Part shown: positions 62,166 through 64,000 of the stretch, one piece after another | How the letters are laid out: every line of letters starts with the position of its first letter | Numbering within the stretch: the first letter of the stretch is position 1 | Assembly: GCA_019637755.1 (NCBI GenBank) | Contig: JAHBVC010000001.1 | Coordinates: 1,521,104 to 1,585,103, forward strand | Source of the DNA: Anaerolineales bacterium | Lineage (GTDB): Bacteria > Chloroflexota > Anaerolineae > Anaerolineales > UBA11579 | Length of the DNA stretch: 64,000 nt | Direction of reading: 5' to 3' | Notes under the pieces: generated by a model | What the model saw: the letters and a program-made list of their open reading frames with translations, nothing else | Database searches by the model: none | What the model was told of the DNA's origin: nothing | Made by a program: the position numbers and the translations under genes

Positions 62166-63251
62166 ATGAGTATCCAGTTTGTTCTGCGCTTGATAGGGAT
62201 GCTGATCTTCGGCACCTTGGGCGTATATGGCGGCGTGGAGTTGGCCAACCTGTCGGGCGAGGACCCGCAATGGTTCGCGCGCATCTTTGGCTTGGTCGGC
62301 GCGCTGGTGGGGTTGGTGCTAACGCCGTACATCACCGTGCATCCGTTGCGGGCCGTGCGCCGGGTGTTGGCGCAAATCTCGTCGCGGGCCTTGCTGGCGG
62401 GCCTGTTTGGGCTGATCATCAGTCTGGTGATCGCCGGCTTGCTGGCCTTCCCGCTCTCGCTGTTGCCACGGCCCTTTAGCCAGATCTTGCCGATCGTTTT
62501 CGCGGTCTTGATCAGCTATTTTGGTGTGACCGTGTTTATCTCACGCCAGAACGATATTCTCTCGTTCATGAATTTTTCAGGGCGCGGCACGGCGGATAGC
62601 CGCCCGCGGGCCGAGGGCGCCAATGCGGCCACCATCCTAATGGATACCAGCGTGATCATTGACGGCCGCATCGTGGATATTGCCCGTACCGGGTTTGTGC
62701 CCGGCGCGCTGCTGATCCCGCGCTTCGTGCTCAACGAGCTGCAGCACATCGCCGATTCAGGCGACAAGCTGCGCCGCCAGCGTGGCCGCCGCGGCCTTGA
62801 GGTTGTGGCTGCTCTGCAGAAAGATGCCAAGCTGGGCGTGCGCATTAGTGATGTAGATGTAGAGGGCACGCGCAATGTAGATGACAAGCTAGTGATCCTG
62901 GCGCGCCAGATGCATGTGCCCGTGCTGACCAATGATTTCAACCTCAACCGTGTGGCCGAGCTGCAGGGAGTGACGATCCTAAACATCAACGAGCTGGCCA
63001 ATGCCGTCAAGGCAGTGTTTCTGCCTGGCGAAGAGTTGACCGTCAAGGTGATCCAGGCCGGGCGCGAGCCGCGCCAAGGGGTGGGCTATTTGGATGACGG
63101 CACGATGGTGGTGATCCAGGATGGCAGCGACTACCTGGGCAACACTGTGCAGGCCTCGGTGACCAAGGTGCTGCAGACGGCTGCAGGCCGCATGGTATTC
63201 GCCAAACCCGAAGCTCCGGCGCGCAGCAACCGCCGCAAATTACAAAAGTGA
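62166..63251 (+). CDS. PIN/TRAM domain protein (YacL-like) with an N-terminal membrane anchor
   Basis: ILMDTSVIIDGRIVDIA..G.LLIPRFVLNELQHIADS (PIN) with a C-terminal TRAM-like beta domain. AGGAG SD upstream. Confidence 0.85.
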   Translation: MSIQFVLRLIGMLIFGTLGVYGGVELANLSGEDPQWFARIFGLVGALVGLVLTPYITVHPLRAVRRVLAQISSRALLAGLFGLIISLVIAGLLAFPLSLLPRPFSQILPIVFAVLISYFGVTVFISRQNDILSFMNFSGRGTADSRPRAEGANAATILMDTSVIIDGRIVDIARTGFVPGALLIPRFVLNELQHIADSGDKLRRQRGRRGLEVVAALQKDAKLGVRISDVDVEGTRNVDDKLVILARQMHVPVLTNDFNLNRVAELQGVTILNINELANAVKAVFLPGEELTVKVIQAGREPRQGVGYLDDGTMVVIQDGSDYLGNTVQASVTKVLQTAAGRMVFAKPEAPARSNRRKLQK

Positions 63252-63266
63252 CCCGGTAACTCAGTT

Positions 63267-64000
63267 ATGACCCTACGCATCTACAACACACTCACCCGCC
63301 AAACCGAGACGTTTGAAACCCTCCAGCCTAACCAGGTCAGCATGTACGTCTGCGGGCCTACCGTGTACGCCAATGCGCACATCGGGCACGCCATGTCGAG
63401 CTTGGTCTTTGACATCGTGCGCCGTTACCTTGAGTATCGCGGCTACCAGGTGCGCCATGCGATGAACTATACCGATGTGGACGACAAGATCATCATCCGC
63501 GCCAATGATGCCGGGGAGGACCCCTTGCACCTGGCCGAGCGTTACATTGAACAATACGCCGAGCACTTGCGCCAGTTGAATGTGCTGCCGGCCACGGTGT
63601 ACCCGCGTGCCACGGAAGAGATCCCCGCGATCATTGACATGGTCGCCGGCCTGATCGCATCGGGCCACGCGTATCCCGCCGAAGGCGACGTGTACTATCG
63701 CGTCGACAGCGACGAAGAGTACGGCAAGCTCTCGCATCGCAAGCTGGAAGATATGAACGCCGGTGCGCGCATCAATGTAGATGAACGCAAAGAGCACCCC
63801 ATGGATTTTGCACTGTGGAAGGCGGCCAAGCCCGGCGAGCCCGCCTGGGATAGCCCGTGGGGGCCGGGGCGCCCAGGCTGGCATATCGAGTGCTCGGCGA
63901 TGGTCTTCCACCATTTGGGGGAGCAGATCGATATTCATGGTGGCGGCAATGACCTGATCTTTCCGCATCACGAAAACGAGATCGCCCAAAGCGAAAGTTT
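63267..64000 (+). CDS. cysS: cysteine--tRNA ligase (N-terminal part; continues beyond the window)
   Basis: Not in the ORF track because there is no stop in the window. [17 protein letters not shown]...[17 protein letters not shown] (HIGH motif)...[15 protein letters not shown]. Confidence 0.95.
   Translation, partial: MTLRIYNTLTRQTETFETLQPNQVSMYVCGPTVYANAHIGHAMSSLVFDIVRRYLEYRGYQVRHAMNYTDVDDKIIIRANDAGEDPLHLAERYIEQYAEHLRQLNVLPATVYPRATEEIPAIIDMVAGLIASGHAYPAEGDVYYRVDSDEEYGKLSHRKLEDMNAGARINVDERKEHPMDFALWKAAKPGEPAWDSPWGPGRPGWHIECSAMVFHHLGEQIDIHGGGNDLIFPHHENEIAQSES

Noticed and set aside
61970-62419. 149-aa reverse-strand ORF covering the long leader and the PIN/TRAM 5' end
   Set aside because: It has no motif, overlaps a supported gene and runs through the promoter and leader region. 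It is treated as non-coding.
63273-63989. 238-aa reverse-strand ORF at the window edge
   Set aside because: The plus strand encodes a clear CysS N-terminus (HIGH motif, WHIECS) that the ORF track omits because there is no stop codon in the window.
1-64000. CRISPR arrays, IS elements, prophage genes, toxin-antitoxin pairs, rRNA
   Set aside because: No regularly spaced direct repeats, transposase, integrase or phage structural motifs, or rRNA-like sequence were seen on either strand. The only repeats are the short tracts reported above.

Overview
Gene-dense, high-GC (about 62-65% by eye) chromosomal segment with about 70 protein genes, one tRNA-Asn and several clean rho-independent terminators. 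I saw no rRNA, CRISPR array, transposase, integrase or prophage. Most ORF-track entries are antisense or out-of-frame shadow ORFs typical of GC-rich DNA, and I called one frame per locus from recognisable motifs. The source is possibly a Chloroflexota-like or other Terrabacteria organism; this is a guess from gene content only.

Modules in order:
- GT-C-like membrane proteins, then rex and obg.
- A GT2-rnhB-M1 peptidase operon, then dtd.
- A DHODH-like gene divergent from a DsbA-like gene.
- ugd plus a methyltransferase; M23 peptidase, hutU and an MFS transporter; an L,D-transpeptidase.
- A membrane-fused HdrD-like Fe-S protein flanked by heptad repeats.
- ltaE, then a 2-oxoacid dehydrogenase E2-E3 pair and ChaB.
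- A three-GT4 glycosyltransferase operon.
- An operon of MBL hydrolase, mutY, RNHCP and a low-GC RusA-like gene.
- A Zur-type metal module: permease, TIGR03943, an Ig/beta-propeller protein, zur and znuCB.
- An NBR1-like lipoprotein.
- A CheY-like regulator, an MglA-like GTPase and a DUF4388 protein.
- tRNA-Asn, then livGFHMK.
- A long sorC-ptsH-gutM-srlA-srlE(split)-srlB-oxidoreductase-aldolase-like-E1ab-E2-ptsI operon.
- IMPase, DUF2089, FmdB, a TPR protein, a LysM protein, an M50 protease, Trx-TPR, a PIN/TRAM protein and cysS (partial).

Most interesting observations:
1. The glucitol-family PTS operon lacks srlD. It instead carries a SAF-domain oxidoreductase, a degenerate class II aldolase-like protein and a TPP-dependent E1ab/E2 module, all placed before ptsI.
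2. A compositionally foreign, tandem RusA-like protein is translationally coupled to RNHCP and mutY.
3. A TAnAAT hexamer sits 6-9 nt upstream of many start codons, suggesting leaderless transcripts. This includes a palindromic shared -10 between two divergent genes.
4. AGCT-N3 heptad tracts flank the Fe-S gene, next to a split inverted-repeat element.
5. There are candidate Rex and Zur operators.
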